64,000 bases of DNA from Rotaria sp. Its lineage: Eukaryota. Made by a program: the position numbers and the translations under genes. Below the pieces are notes generated by a model. The model was not told the DNA's origin and searched no databases. It saw nothing but the letters and a program-made list of their open reading frames with translations. The stretch covers positions 905,250 through 969,249 of the forward strand of contig CAJNOF010000004.1 of NCBI GenBank assembly GCA_905250055.1, read 5' to 3'. Numbering within the stretch: position 1 is the stretch's first letter; each line of letters starts with the position of its first letter. Shown one piece after another: positions 40,676 to 55,046 of the stretch.

Positions 40676-43600
40676 TTCTTAGATTAATTTAATAGAAAAA
40701 TTATATTTATATTTCATTGATTTTTTATAGAAAACTTAAAGAATCTATATCACAAATTCATACAAAATCGAGGTTAACGAATCAAAAGGTATTTATTTAA
40801 TACGGGTTTTTTATACGCTGAAAATAACATGAATACTTTTTTCTGCATTCTGTAGGCCTTTGGTTTGTTGTTTTTTCTTCACGCTATGGTCACGATCATT
40901 TATTTGTTAGATAATCACCAATCATATTCGTGCCGCTCTTTTCTATGTAGATAAATGTTGTAAACCTATATTTCGTCTGGTTTTTTCTTAGGCATGATTC
41001 AATTTTATTCAATGATAGTTTTGTACAAAAATTACTCATTGTTAACAAAAAAAAGGTACATGATTATATAGCTATCAGAATCATTTATTTTGATGGGAAC
41101 CTATTCGATGTTCAAGATCGTTTTCTGTAGAATTCACATCAATTTTTTTCAATTATATAGTAAGTGTAAATTCAAGTCAAGATTTTTGTGACTCTTTCCT
41201 TAGGTCCTAGCAATTAGAAGTGAGAGAAGGAAAGTCAAAGATCACTGAGTATGTTTTCCTACAAACGGGAAAAACTATGTTAATAATAAGAGAGCTAAGA
41301 CCATTCAAGAATCTTCCAAAGCATTTTATGAACCTAAGATATCTACTATAGATCCTAACTAGTCTATATATTATGGGTTCTAGTATTTAATGTACTGAAA
41401 CAATCTGATTGTAAGTGTCAATCAATAGGGCAATGGTATTATTGGGCTGGCATTATCAAAACAAGGCCGATATGGAAAAGTAAAAATTAATTGAACTATA
41501 AGTTTAAGCAAAGTTCAAAGGTATATGTCAACGTTCATCGAGAGAAAAGATGATGTACTCGGAAGCTTATTGAACGATTGAATTAATCTGTATAATAGGC
41601 TACTATGGTAGTTCAACCGACAAAATAAAGAATAGAATGATATTTGCCGCTTTCGAGAATATGTATCATATATGTTATATTATCATTGTAAGAAAGGATG
41701 TTATGTATTGAAGATTTATGTGACAATACAAATAAGTTTTTTTTAGTATTACAATACTAAATGAATCAAATAAATTGTTAGCATAGCAATTCTAAATGTA
41801 AACATTTTCGAAAGGATAAAATTTCTGAGCGCGCATATTGACTATAAAGATTCTTATAGTTTTGATTTATTCATTTATCTGACACTCTTTGTGATAAATT
41901 ATTTTAATCCTTCTGACAATATTTGATAAATTTATAGCAGTCAGAATGTGTGAGTTACATACTTTGGCCCTATATGGAGTTGTGCTGACAGTTTTTTCAT
42001 TTGAATTTATTTAATTAGTCGTTTATCAAATAGTGAGTTTCTGAACGATGAATGTTGATGGTTTGAGACAGGTTTACCAAACCTTGTAATTTGTCCAGGA
42101 GTAGCCTGATTTCTTCTGTTTTTCATTTGTTCTTCATCTCGATCCTTAACGACATGTTTAACCAATAAGACAAATGGTCTAGATTCCGTAAAGAACAGAA
42201 GAAACATCAGTCAATCATATGTAACCAGTTGTAGACTTATCTTCTTAACGGTGAAAATGTATTTCATTTACAAAACTTTGTTTGATTTGCTTTTCTTATG
42301 TTTGCTTCAAATGAATCTATTTTTCGTCACATAAAATTCTTGTGGAATAATAGCTGAAACAAAATTATATATGATCTTGTTGACAGTGAATTAAAAATTA
42401 AGATGATCACTTATTTCAATTGTACATATCAGGATTTATAACTGATTTGATTCAGGATTCTGGCCCAGACAAGTGTAAAGTTTTATCAAGATTTTAACTG
42501 GTTTTTATTCACGATTTACTTAAGGTTTGTAAATCTTCAGATCACAACACGAATTTTAATATCACTCTTAAGTTCTAGAATTTTATTTTGATCATGACTA
42601 AATCTTTAAATAAACAAACAGAAAGCTTATATCAAAATTCCAGAATTTTTTTTTAAGATCTTTCCAACATTTATATTGAAATTCATATAAGATTCAAGTA
42701 AGAAACATCAGTTATGTTTGCGCTTTTATCCTGAAAGGGAATTGGAAAACTTATTAAAATAGAGTATCAATTTCATTTTTGTCATTATACTAATTGTTTC
42801 ATTAACTCTTTGGGAACCGTTACCGTATATATACGGTTTTGAAATTAGACGAACGGTAGAAGCCTCTATATGCACTAAAATTGTTTTTCTCAGTTTTGAT
42901 TTTTTGTATTCCAATATATGTGGTACACATATAGACACTATGGAATGGTTTACTTATAATAGATATATATATAGCTTAGTGTAGTCCGTCATCAATGATA
43001 GGTCGTTTTATACTGAATTAGCAACCAATCAGACATACTGCTAGACACTTTCCATCTCTTATACCTAAAACCAAACACAAAAACTCTTCAGAAAGTTTGT
43101 GTTATATTTGCGCACAATAGTCGAAGATCTAAAACGAGAACCAATTCACGTTATATGTGTAAAGTTTTTTTTAGTTCTGACTTCTCTTCTCATATGTTAC
43201 TAAAGTCGTTTATTATACTTCTTGGATGTGTATTTTTTTTTCTCTTGTTTCAAAATGAACAGTATCAATATTTTGAATAAAATCTGAAGGTATGGGTGTG
43301 AGTGGATGGTTAGAATGTAAGCTTGCGCGTGAAAAAATAGATATCATCCAAACCAAAGCCCATCCGATGAAAAGATTCTTATTCTTCCCAAATCAGTTAA
43401 TCATAGAAATGGTATTGTCCTTTTCCATTTCACAGCGACTGGTGTCCTTTTTGCCGTTCTCTATTGACTCGACATATGCAAAATGCGTGCAATCAGGTGA
43501 GTCAAAATACTGTACTTTTTTTTATTTATCATGTCTGCATTATGAAGAGTTACTTCATTAGAAAGAAAACCAGAACAACATTGTTTTCAGCACTGAGAAT

Positions 43601-46600
43601 GGGTAACAATATGCGAGGCATTTTGATAAGTAAATTCTTGTGTTTGTCATGTATCTTTTATGTTCTATGTGCCTTCTATAGTTGGCATTTCCATACTTAA
43701 CACATGGCCTGGTACACAAGTTTTTTTTATATATTGACTTCTAGAAAAACAACACGAATATGGTAGACTGGGCTATTTGATAACACACGACAGTCATTTT
43801 CTCTACTGTTTCGATTGTTGTTGACAACGCTCTTTCTAACTGTATACAACGATGGATGCAATCGGTTTCAATAAACTTGTCATAAACACCTTTGAAACTT
43901 CTCTCTGTAAGAATAAAGGACGACTTTTAGCGTTGAAAGTGTCACCTGACTAATAATGAAGATTCTAATTTAGTCATCATGAGGGCAATATTATCAATGC
44001 TGAACACTGTATTGATCGACATTTTCTTATATGTGAAATATTTACATCTTTGATCCTTTACTTATGGCTCGAAAAAGCAAAAATTACCGTCTGTATTAAT
44101 CAGCTTTTCGTATGTTCCATATTTTGTTATACACGTGGAGTTATAATCACATTTTTCTGCAACATTTTACTACTTGTTGAATTGGTAAGTTTGATGATCA
44201 ATGCATTCAAAGAGATGGATAGATCTCATAGGTTTTACGGTCACTAGACTTATCGGCATTGGATTTTCTTTCGTGGGAACACATGAAAAGACATTTCTAT
44301 AAAACGACTATAAAGAATCTGAAAGACTTAAAGTCAGAATAATTGAATAAACTGACAAGATTCATAAAAAAAAAGGTTACATAATTCTTTTTCTGGAAAG
44401 AGAAAAATAACATATGATGTGCTTATGACATATCTAGACTGAGATACTCGAATTTCAAGTTATATACAGTTGAGACATGAGTACGAAAAAACAGGAGCAT
44501 CGTTTAAATTCAGCTTTGTCACAATTTATTAGTTTTCGGACCATAAAGAATCCCGCCCGATTTGGTGATCTATCCTAAACGAAGATGCCATACATGTTGT
44601 TTTGTAGAGCGAATTGCAGCGCATCGAGTAGCATATAAGAAATCAAGTTTTATGAAACTTTTGACGTACTATAGGTCAGCACAGTAATTATAATGCTCGG
44701 AGAGTATCAGAGGGTATTCATAGACATTGTAAACTATATTGAATGTGATAATTCTGAAAAGTGACATGCTGCATGACTGAAATGGTGTAGACTTGGGTGT
44801 AAAGAAAAGACTAGCATTCACACTCATACCCTCTTTGGAAGAAAAGCGTTTCATATTCAATCAACATTGAAAAGTACACACTGTATTTTGCAGTTATTTA
44901 TATGTTACTGCATAAAATACGAATTAATGATTCACAAGCAGATAATATACTCGAATTAATCGTAACCGGGTATCAAACACTCTAAAAGATTAGGACGCAT
45001 AAAGCCATTTGATCACCTCTTAAATATTTCAGCTTTTTTTCTTGAAAGCGATTCAGTAACGACTTTTAATATCATTGCAACGGTTTATTTTGCGACGTCT
45101 CTTGACTAAGTTTTCAAATTACACTCGTACACCAAGAAGTATTGGTCAAGTTTTTGTTGACTTCATAGAGAAGTGCGGTTGAGATTCGAAAAATTGATCG
45201 AATGCTGCCACTTGATGAATTTGAACACAGAGAACATGAAAGATTTGGAGAGAAGAAAAACGGTGCTCTTCTCTTTCGTCATTTAACATAAAATGTGTTA
45301 TATTAGAATGATACCAGGTACTTATCTCTCATTCGAAGATGAAGCAAATAGCTAATTTCTTTCACCGTCAGTCTTATGTCAAAGTGCACTTATTTATATT
45401 CGACAATTACGCTGTAACAGCGATGAATACATGCTTCGCAGTAACCTTACTCGAAATTATTCTTCGTAAGTGTGATTTTCACTGTACTTGTATTCGAGTA
45501 AATTCATATTTGTCTAACTTTGTACTAATTACAATCAAATAAGAATATCTAATCATTCTGAAAACAATGTACAAACTATCATTATTTCCGATGGAATATA
45601 TGCATCCAAAAACCTTTAAGGGGAACTTAATCCGTCGTAACATGTTCATTTTTTTCAGGCATTTTATAGAGAAATTGAAACAACATAAACATTTCAATTG
45701 TTCCAACAAAGCGAATTGTTTTGACAGAGTTATTGTTTTTACAAGTTCAATGCCTTTTCCGATACCGTTCGGTATAGAATGTCGAAAAATTTTCGACCAA
45801 AACAATTTTAGATCTGATTTTTATTTAATCTGTCAGTGGAACCAAAGTTGTATTTACTCGTAAGTTTTCCCACCGGTTGAATGAGTATTTTGAGAGAAAT
45901 AGCGATTTTTGTATTAGGTGCGTTTCCATCTGTTCTCAAACATTTTTTACAAATCCTACCAAAAATTTTGGATATAAAGTACATTATAATAGAAAATGTT
46001 GTATAGTAGAAAGATGCACTATGAAACTCTGAATCTAGTGAACAGAATAGAATTTTCATGTTGACTAGGTGTCCTAAATAAAAAGAGCGAGTGTTCCTAT
46101 AGGTTGTAAAAGATATTACATAGAAAAATGTTTCTTTTTTTTTACAACAAAGGTCATTATCGATATTTTTATTATTTATAGACCAAATAAATAATTCTGA
46201 ATCATATATTACTTGAAAGCGAATTAAAAAAAAAATACAAAGCCGTATATAAAGTTACGTGACAATATTATAGTACAATATACTTTGATATAGAAAAACA
46301 ATACTTTTACTAATCTTATTGTGATTAATTATACAAGGTAGAAGGTGTTTACACAAGAACTAAGTATTATATTATTCGCAGACTTTCATCTGTATTTTCT
46401 TTTTATACTCAAAACTAAAGATCAACAGATGATTCTGTGCGATCCAATTTCAGAACAAATAAGAAGAATGAGACCTAGAAATTTGGTAATAATGATAAAA
46501 GGATGGAACGCATAAGAGGTTAAATTGACTCACTAGTACTTTTCTTGGGCAATCCAATAGAATCATATATCAACAAAAAAAAGGATGTTCAGATTAACAT

Positions 46601-49600
46601 TTTAGTACTAGTTTCATGAGACTTCGATCGAATTTCGAAACCTAAAAGCTATGGACAAAGTAATGCATTTTAGAGCATCATTCTAATAATCCGTCGTGTC
46701 ATAGTCGACTCAATTTGAGAATAAGCAGATATAACAAAATGCTACTGAAATTATTAATTTGGTAGCTATTTAATGAAGCTTTAATTCCATATATGAAGCA
46801 CTAATTGATTGTTTAAATTAACGAGATATAGGCCTGATCTACTGGTAGACACTGTTAGCATATTTACTATATACATCATTCACACTTATCTTTCAACAAA
46901 ACATTTTAGTTTAAAATTTGAAATGATCACAACTGTGATATTGCTCGTTTAATAGTTCTTTTAATAAGCTATAAACTGATATACTTTTCAAAGTAAAAAA
47001 AAAAAAATTTCAGCCTACTTAGTAAATCCCTGAGTACACTATTGTCCATATGCAGTATTGTGTTGATGTAACCAATATTTAGAATACTCCGATTAGATAA
47101 AGTTCAATTGTAGTCAAAACGAATATGATATACAAAAATCAGTAGAAAATTCTGATCGATCAGACAACAAATGTACTGAATAGAAATCATTCTTTCATTT
47201 TCTAGACATATTCCATGTTGCAATTTAATAATCTTTAATAAATTTTCACATTTATTTGTAATATGGAAAAGTGTTTTCATGCAATGTAGTTTCCGTCTGA
47301 TTCCTAGGAAAGACCAACGGCAAAATTTTTAATAGAAGAAAAAAGCTTCCGGAAATTCTTTCAATCGCACCTAAGTCAACTCAGAATTTTACATTAATTC
47401 CGAATATCATATTAGTTTTGACTCAGATTGAACTTTTTCTTATCCAAATTTTCTAAATATTGGTTTAATAGACACAAAGCTGCACCTAGAAAATAATGTG
47501 CTTAGAGATTTATTAAGAATAATATATTATATTAGTTCTGGACCATAATCAATCGTTTTGAATGATAATAATAATATTCTATACTTATTTCATTGATATA
47601 AGTATTATTTTATTCTATAGTATTTGACGTCAAAACTCAGATCATGTTAGGCGGCATCCATATAACATTGTTAGAAAACAACCAGGCTAAACATAAGACA
47701 TTGTCTACTTGTTCAACGGATGCTCATTATTCGTTCTTAAACTCATAATAAGAAGACATAAAGAAAAACATGACGTTATTAATAGTTCATTAAAGATCTC
47801 TGAAAGTTTTAGGAGACAGCGCATAGAAAAACAGAAGGAATTGAAACTAAATGCATTCAATATTTTTCTTGATTTTCTATTTTACAGTAACAATAACTGA
47901 TGAAGATTGATTGGTCTTATCAATGTACTATATTGATGAAAGAACTTTTTAAACGGATATCTTCGCATTTCATTTCATCGCTTCCTGAGGATTCAAGTTT
48001 GTGATATGAATATGAAATCTGAACTTATTGACATTATTTTTATGATCATCTCATTTTGATATCGAAATATGATGATCAAACAAAAAAAATTTGTATATAA
48101 TATATATAATTATGTTCATTACAAAAAAAAAATATATCATTCGAGATATTCTATTCTAAATGTCTCTCGAGAAATTAACATGATGTAAACAAACTTTTTA
48201 TTGATATTAACAAAACTAAATTATCCACCGTGAAATATTTATAAAAGATGAATTTGCAAAGAATTTCTTTGTTTGACTCAAAGCATTTCTTATTCAAGTA
48301 TAGTAAAAATATAGTCTTATCAACAAAGAATAAATAAACTTGTACCTATTTTTCTGAAGCTAAACAACAAAGGAACAAATTCCTCGAGAAAAAATCTTTT
48401 TTTTTTATGAATATGAAACTATAAATGTTTTGAGCACAGAGACGGTAATGAGTTCGAATCAATCAAGAAAGAGTATATCTTGTTAGGAGAGTAAAAATTA
48501 ATTAAAAACGCTATATGACACTTGTCTCACCTACGTATCTGATACTTTATGACAGTTCTATTATATTTTTGTAGGCAAAAAGTATCTTCTTTCTAGTAAC
48601 ATTGACTCTGACATGCTCACCTTTATATATTCTTAAGGTAAACATTAGTTGTTCAATTTAATTAAATTTCCAAGTCCTAATAAGACATTTTGTCCTAATT
48701 GAACCTGACTCATTTATGCCTTCGAGCTTAGAAGAAAGTCTTCATCGAAATGATTTCATCACTGTGAGTCTATCTTTCAGTCACATAAAAGTATAAACAT
48801 ACATCTTTGTCTTATTATTAATATTGGATTATTTTTACATATGAAATGAATATATCGTTGTGTTCGAGGAGGACTGTTGATGTCTATGGTATCAAATGAA
48901 AAGTTGGTTATGAAATTCTTTGATAACTAATGATATTTAAATGAAATTACACAAGTCATTGTGATTTATCATTTTTATGGCATCGTTTATATACGTATTT
49001 GACGAGTTTTTATCTGTTGTTTACTTTTTGGTTCTTTATTAAAGAAGACATTCATTTTCTACTATAGGATCTATTCTTTTCAGATTTTCATATTTATCAT
49101 CAGTTAGTTTATCATATGGTTTTATTGTACATGCATTTGTTTATATCTGTTCGTGCACTTAAAAGTGTCAAGAAATATTAAAAATGATGATGAAAATTGA
49201 CATAAAGTAAGATAATGCTAATCTAAAGATTCTTATTTAACGACTCGGAACATCATCCTTCAACAAAGTTCAACTCTTGACCTTCAAAACACAGACATCT
49301 TGTTTTTTTTTTTGGGATCATATCTGCTCTTTATCAACAATTTAAAACATATTATAGGAATGAATCTTTCGAAAAGCAATAGTTTATTTTCAATTGAAAT
49401 ACAAATATTGACTATTCGTGTCTGTTTTCATCGGAAAAATTAATTAAGAAAAATCTTCTATGTTGACTCTTCCTCTATCGAATAACCTTATTAAAAAAAA
49501 AAAAACTTACTAAGAATCAAATCATTCTAATTAAGTCACGACTCGTAGCAAAAGAGTCAATCAAAAAAAAAAAAGATGTTTTCCATGTAGTTTGTTAAGA

Positions 49601-52600
49601 CGTTGTGATGCATGTTAGATCTCATTAAATATATTTTTTATGCTTGAAATAATATATGAACGCAAAGAACCTTTTCGAACAGGTTACATCATATATTGAT
49701 GAAAAATATGACTTTATAATCTATCATTAAACGTCAAAAGTCACAAAATAATATTTTTAACATAGAACTGAATAGTTTGTTTTATTTTTATATCAAAGGA
49801 ATTCGAGTTTATTAATTGTAAGTAACACGTTATGTTTTGTAATTAATAGAACTCAGTTAGTTTAAAAGAAAAAAAGAAACTTTGAACATCGTTCATATTA
49901 ATTATCTATGAATATAATAATTATAAATATATATATAGACAAAGAAACACATCGTTCTACATATTGCAGAATATCAAACGGACAAAAAAAGGATCTATGA
50001 GATCCTTGTTAAAAGTCTCTATTCAAAAGAATATATTAATATAAAATCATGAGTATCTAGGCTTCAAAAGTTTTTTTACTATTAATAACTAATTTGATTT
50101 GTACAAAAGAATTTTTTTTACAGTTTTTTTTTACTCTATTTTAATTATAGCATGATATAATCATTATCGTCCCTCTTAATAAATAGATCTCATAATTGAT
50201 TAAAGTTTCATACACGACGATTATCTTATTTTAGTAGAATTTGTTTATATTAAAAACATAGAAAAAGAACTTTGATTTATAGACTGTTGCCTCAAAATAT
50301 CAATAGGTAATTGAGTTGATTTACTTTAATAGTATCAAGTGACGTCGAACCAAAATTTCATTTATAGTAATCCGATAAAATTTTATATTTCATTATAGAT
50401 ATTGATCCTTGTTTTTTTTTTTCTTTTAGTATTCATAATTAAAAACAGCTCTGGGCAGAGATAATGTGTTCATAATTATTTATGACTTAATAACCTTATG
50501 ATTCTTTGTCTTACAATAGAAAATACCCTTCAATAATCTACTCAATGTATTTGATGTAATAATAGAAGTTATTTCTATTGATTGTTTATATATATGTATA
50601 TATGATGAATTAAAATCTAGTAATTGTTGAATTCTCCATATACCTTTTGATTTCATTTATCATATTGAATAATTAACATTAATTCTCAATAGACCTTTGT
50701 TTATTCTTGTCAAATTTAGCAGAAACCTAAATACTATGTATATATAATTGTCAAATATTCGAATATTGAATGTAACGATATGCAGGTGATTTGAGAATGA
50801 AGAGAAAAATAACAAAACATTTAAGTGAATAATTTTATAATGTTGTCATCGGAAAAAACAATTAGTAATAATTCTCTTTTTCTTTTTTTTTTTTTTATTA
50901 TTATTTAAAATTACTGATATATAAAATTAAAAAAATGACACGGCAATCATTCATTTTTTTTCTTTATTAATTAATAATAACAATAAAGGCAAAAGTTTAT
51001 GGGCATTTGCATATCAATAAAAGTGTTCCGTGTCAGTTAATAATTTAAGTGAATCACATTTTTTTTTTTCTCTTTATAGATAGAAATATTGTTTATGACG
51101 TTCTTCCTTTTTCTTTTTTTAATGTGATACAAACCATGAACAATTAATAAAAATACAACGTACTCGATACTATTCGTTATGTCATGTAAGTCAATAGTTT
51201 TTTTTGACGTATAAACATCATATTTATGATTCGATATAATAAGAAAAATGAAGTATGTAAATTTGACATGTGAATATGCATTGTAAGCATGAAATTTGAA
51301 GAAAAATTTTAATGTCAAAATGTATCTTATTAAGATATACCTTTTAAGATTGCATAATATATTCTAGTTTTTATCTAAATTAAAATATTTATTTAAAGTA
51401 TCATGAATATATTTATTATTATCATTTAGTTTTTGAGATGTTACTCTTGAAGATATTATTGTCTAGTACTTAAAACAATCTGAAAATAAATATAAAAAAT
51501 TTATTTTCGTTTAATTATGTAGTAGGAAGCTAGGTCTTTCGACAATTCCATTGTACTTAAACATGTAGTCAAAAAAAAAGATACTTCATCATGATTAAAA
51601 AGAAATCATGAGAAAAAAAAACAGCAGTATTCATTAGATATTCTTTAAACTAGAATGTCGCCGGTAAGTATTAGTTAATCAAATAGATATAAAGATAAAA
51701 GTCGGTATTCATTGTCAATAAGAAGCTTGTTTTTTTTTGTTATAAATATTCAGGATATAATTAATTCATACAGTACTTACAAATGCTTTCTGTTTAAAAA
51801 TTACATGAAAACATAATGACAGATTTGTCTCTTAGTTTTGTTTAACATTATGATGATTTATACCATGATTGTCAAATGAATATTTTAATTTTCATTGTTA
51901 ATTATATTAAGTGTTGCAAAAGAAAACTTCTATTTATATATATTTTTTTCTGCATGACATCTAAATTTGATCGGAAAGTATGAAATAACACATTTCTACA
52001 CTCAGAAGATGAATATAACGTTGCAACGTATTCTCTTTTTTTTCTATCAGAATAATCTTATAAATATACGTGGTGATTAACATTTTACTTTTCATATCTT
52101 TTAAATATGTTTAATCTCGATGTTTCTTTCATTTGACATGTGTCAATTAATAAAGTATCTAAACTTACTTTTGTTTCTTATAATTTTTTGAAGTTATTGA
52201 ATATATTTTAAGACATCTTATATTGTATAATGCTTTTATTATATTCAAATTTAAACGTTTTTCATTTAATTTAACAATAATATGATGATACTTGGTCATA
52301 CATTTAATAGAAACTCATTTTCTCATATTTACATCAATAGACACTAGCTACATCAAGAATGCCTATAAAGCATGCTATAAATATCATATAGAAAAAAAAT
52401 GTTAAGAACGTATAAAGAAATAAATGTATAGAAATCTGACATTGTTAAAGACTTAGTCACGAAACATTTTCCTGTTTATTTGCCAAGTAGTCAGAAGTAT
52501 CCATATAGGAATAATACATAAAACTACGTCGTATTATTTTCTTTAGTAATATATATAGTTTCTATTGTGAGTCAACCACTGTTTCATTGAAAAAGTCATG

Positions 52601-54587
52601 TTGACAAAGGTGAACTTGCTTTCTATTTTTTTTTACAGAAATTGTCATATTTTAATTATATTATTTTCTTGAACGTTACGAAGACATTTTATTCTTATTC
52701 AGGATCAAAATATGAATAGAAAACATTATTTGATTAGGTTTTGAGTTGATAAGGTAAAACAAAATTGTGCCCAAATATAGATATCTCCAATATGTCTCAG
52801 AGCACGCACTTGTATATAGTCTTGTAAATCTATCTAATTGTTTGTTGCAAGAGCTAAAAGCAAGTGTTTACCTCATGAGAATCATCGGATCATGAGCTAG
52901 AAATGTATTCATGCAATTTTTCTTTTAATTTAGTTTTACTGTTTAGAAAATTGAATTTTTCTCTTATTCAGTAGCAAAATTAGATTTACAAAAAAAGTGT
53001 AAAATGTGTCCACATAGTTTAGTAGTTTTTTTTTATTATTGTAGCTCAATTGTAAATTAACATAGATCTTATATTCAAAATTAGTATCAAAAACTGTACG
53101 TAATAACCTATGTGTTAGTAAAAATTGTTTGTAATAATAAATACACTTGGGGGTCCTCCTCAGATTTATTTTCTGAAAATTTTGCCTCTATTTTCTCAAA
53201 GAGTCAGGTTTTTTGTTATAAAAAAACTTAAAACACATATGATTCAATGTAGTTTTTCATGCTTATTCTAAATATATTATCTATTTTAATCTACAATTGA
53301 GCTATAGCAATAAAAAAAAAACGCTACATACGAAAGAATTATTGAATTGTTTTTGTCAATCTAATTTTGTCACTGAATAAGGAAAAATTTGATTTCCTCA
53401 ACAATCAAACAAAATTAGAAAGAGACTACATGGATACGTTTCTAGTTCACGACCTGACCGTTCTAATTAGGTAAAGCACTAGTTTCTAGCTCTTGTCACA
53501 AAAAAATGATATAAATTTGTGAAACTATTTAAAAGTACGTGTCACAAGACATTTTAGATATATCCATATTTGGACAGGATTTTGTTTAACTTTATCAACA
53601 TAAAATCTAGTCAAATAGCGTTTTTCTGTTCCGTCTTTGATGCTAAGTTAGAAAATAGTTTTTTTATTAAATTCCTGTAGAAAAAAAGGCGCATATTTGT
53701 TAATGCTACATTTTTAGTCATTCAAGTTTTTTAGTTTTCTTCCCAGCGAAGTAGTGGTTGAATCAAAATAAAAATTATATATTCGTAATTAACTCGTGAA
53801 GTTGTATCAAAACATTTATAAATAAACGAGAAAAATACATGTACTAGGTTTTTGCACCGTGCGTACCTCAAATAGTTCACCAATTATCGTAGTACATTTT
53901 GATCTTAAAAATTTCTTGAATAAGAGTGTATCATATTAATCACTAGAAACTGAATAATAAGAATCAACATAAATATATTAGTTTATGATAAAGTGTATGC
54001 CTCTAGCACGAGTTTCTGTAACCTTCCAGAATCATTAATATCTAGTTTCCTCCATAGATCCGTCTTGAAAAAAAAATATGTTGTCTAATTAAACCATAAG
54101 AACACTCATGCTGTGCCAGATAGAACAGAAAAGAGAGAAAATATCATAATAAAATATTTTTCTTTGAAATAGGTTAGTATGATAAGTAAAAGGTAACAAG
54201 TCAGCTAGACATACATTTGAAATTTTCTCAAAAAAGAAAATTTTCTAATATTGTATAGAGTCATTTTAAACTTTCTACTTTTTACTTACTTTAGACAAAT
54301 CAATAAAAAGTATTTTATTGATTAGCATATCTATATAAGAATAGAGATATATAAAACAATAAATCTTTTCTATTAAAAAAACAAAAACTTGTAGGAGAAT
54401 AGATGGTTAACATTAACCAACATTATATACAAAGCAGCTATTAGTAAAACGAAGATTTATTTTCTTCGATAGTTCTGCGTAATTAGTCTTTTCTTTTTTT
54501 AAGTGCTATTTTTATGTGATTTCAAAAGTAGAATTATCAATAATTATCATCATAATCTATACGATAAATATATTTTTTCCATTAGTC

Positions 54588-54624
<37 letters not shown>

Positions 54625-55046
54625 AAAGATTTTTTTAGAAAACATTAGTTTAAACTTTGACTGTAAATATTTTTTTGACATTGACAAAACTGATAAGTAG
54701 AACATATATAATTTAGTTTGGTTATTCATTATTTAATGAAAAGTATTCATAAAAAAAAAATTACCTAGAAATCCTGCAGGATATTTCATCACGTAAACTT
54801 CTAATTAATAAACGTTTCTAGGCTAATTTTATAAAGCATTTTAATGAGATATATTTTTCTCTATCATTCTATAGAAAACTTTCAACAAGAAAACAAAGAC
54901 AATATGAAGTATGTTACAAAGAAAAAAAAAATGAATGTGTCATCATAAGTTTATTCTTTTCTAAATGACGTTCTTTATTATTATTTTTTTTATAATATTT
55001 TTATTGATTATAGATTTTATTTTTTTTTTTTTTTGTTTTCCGAATA

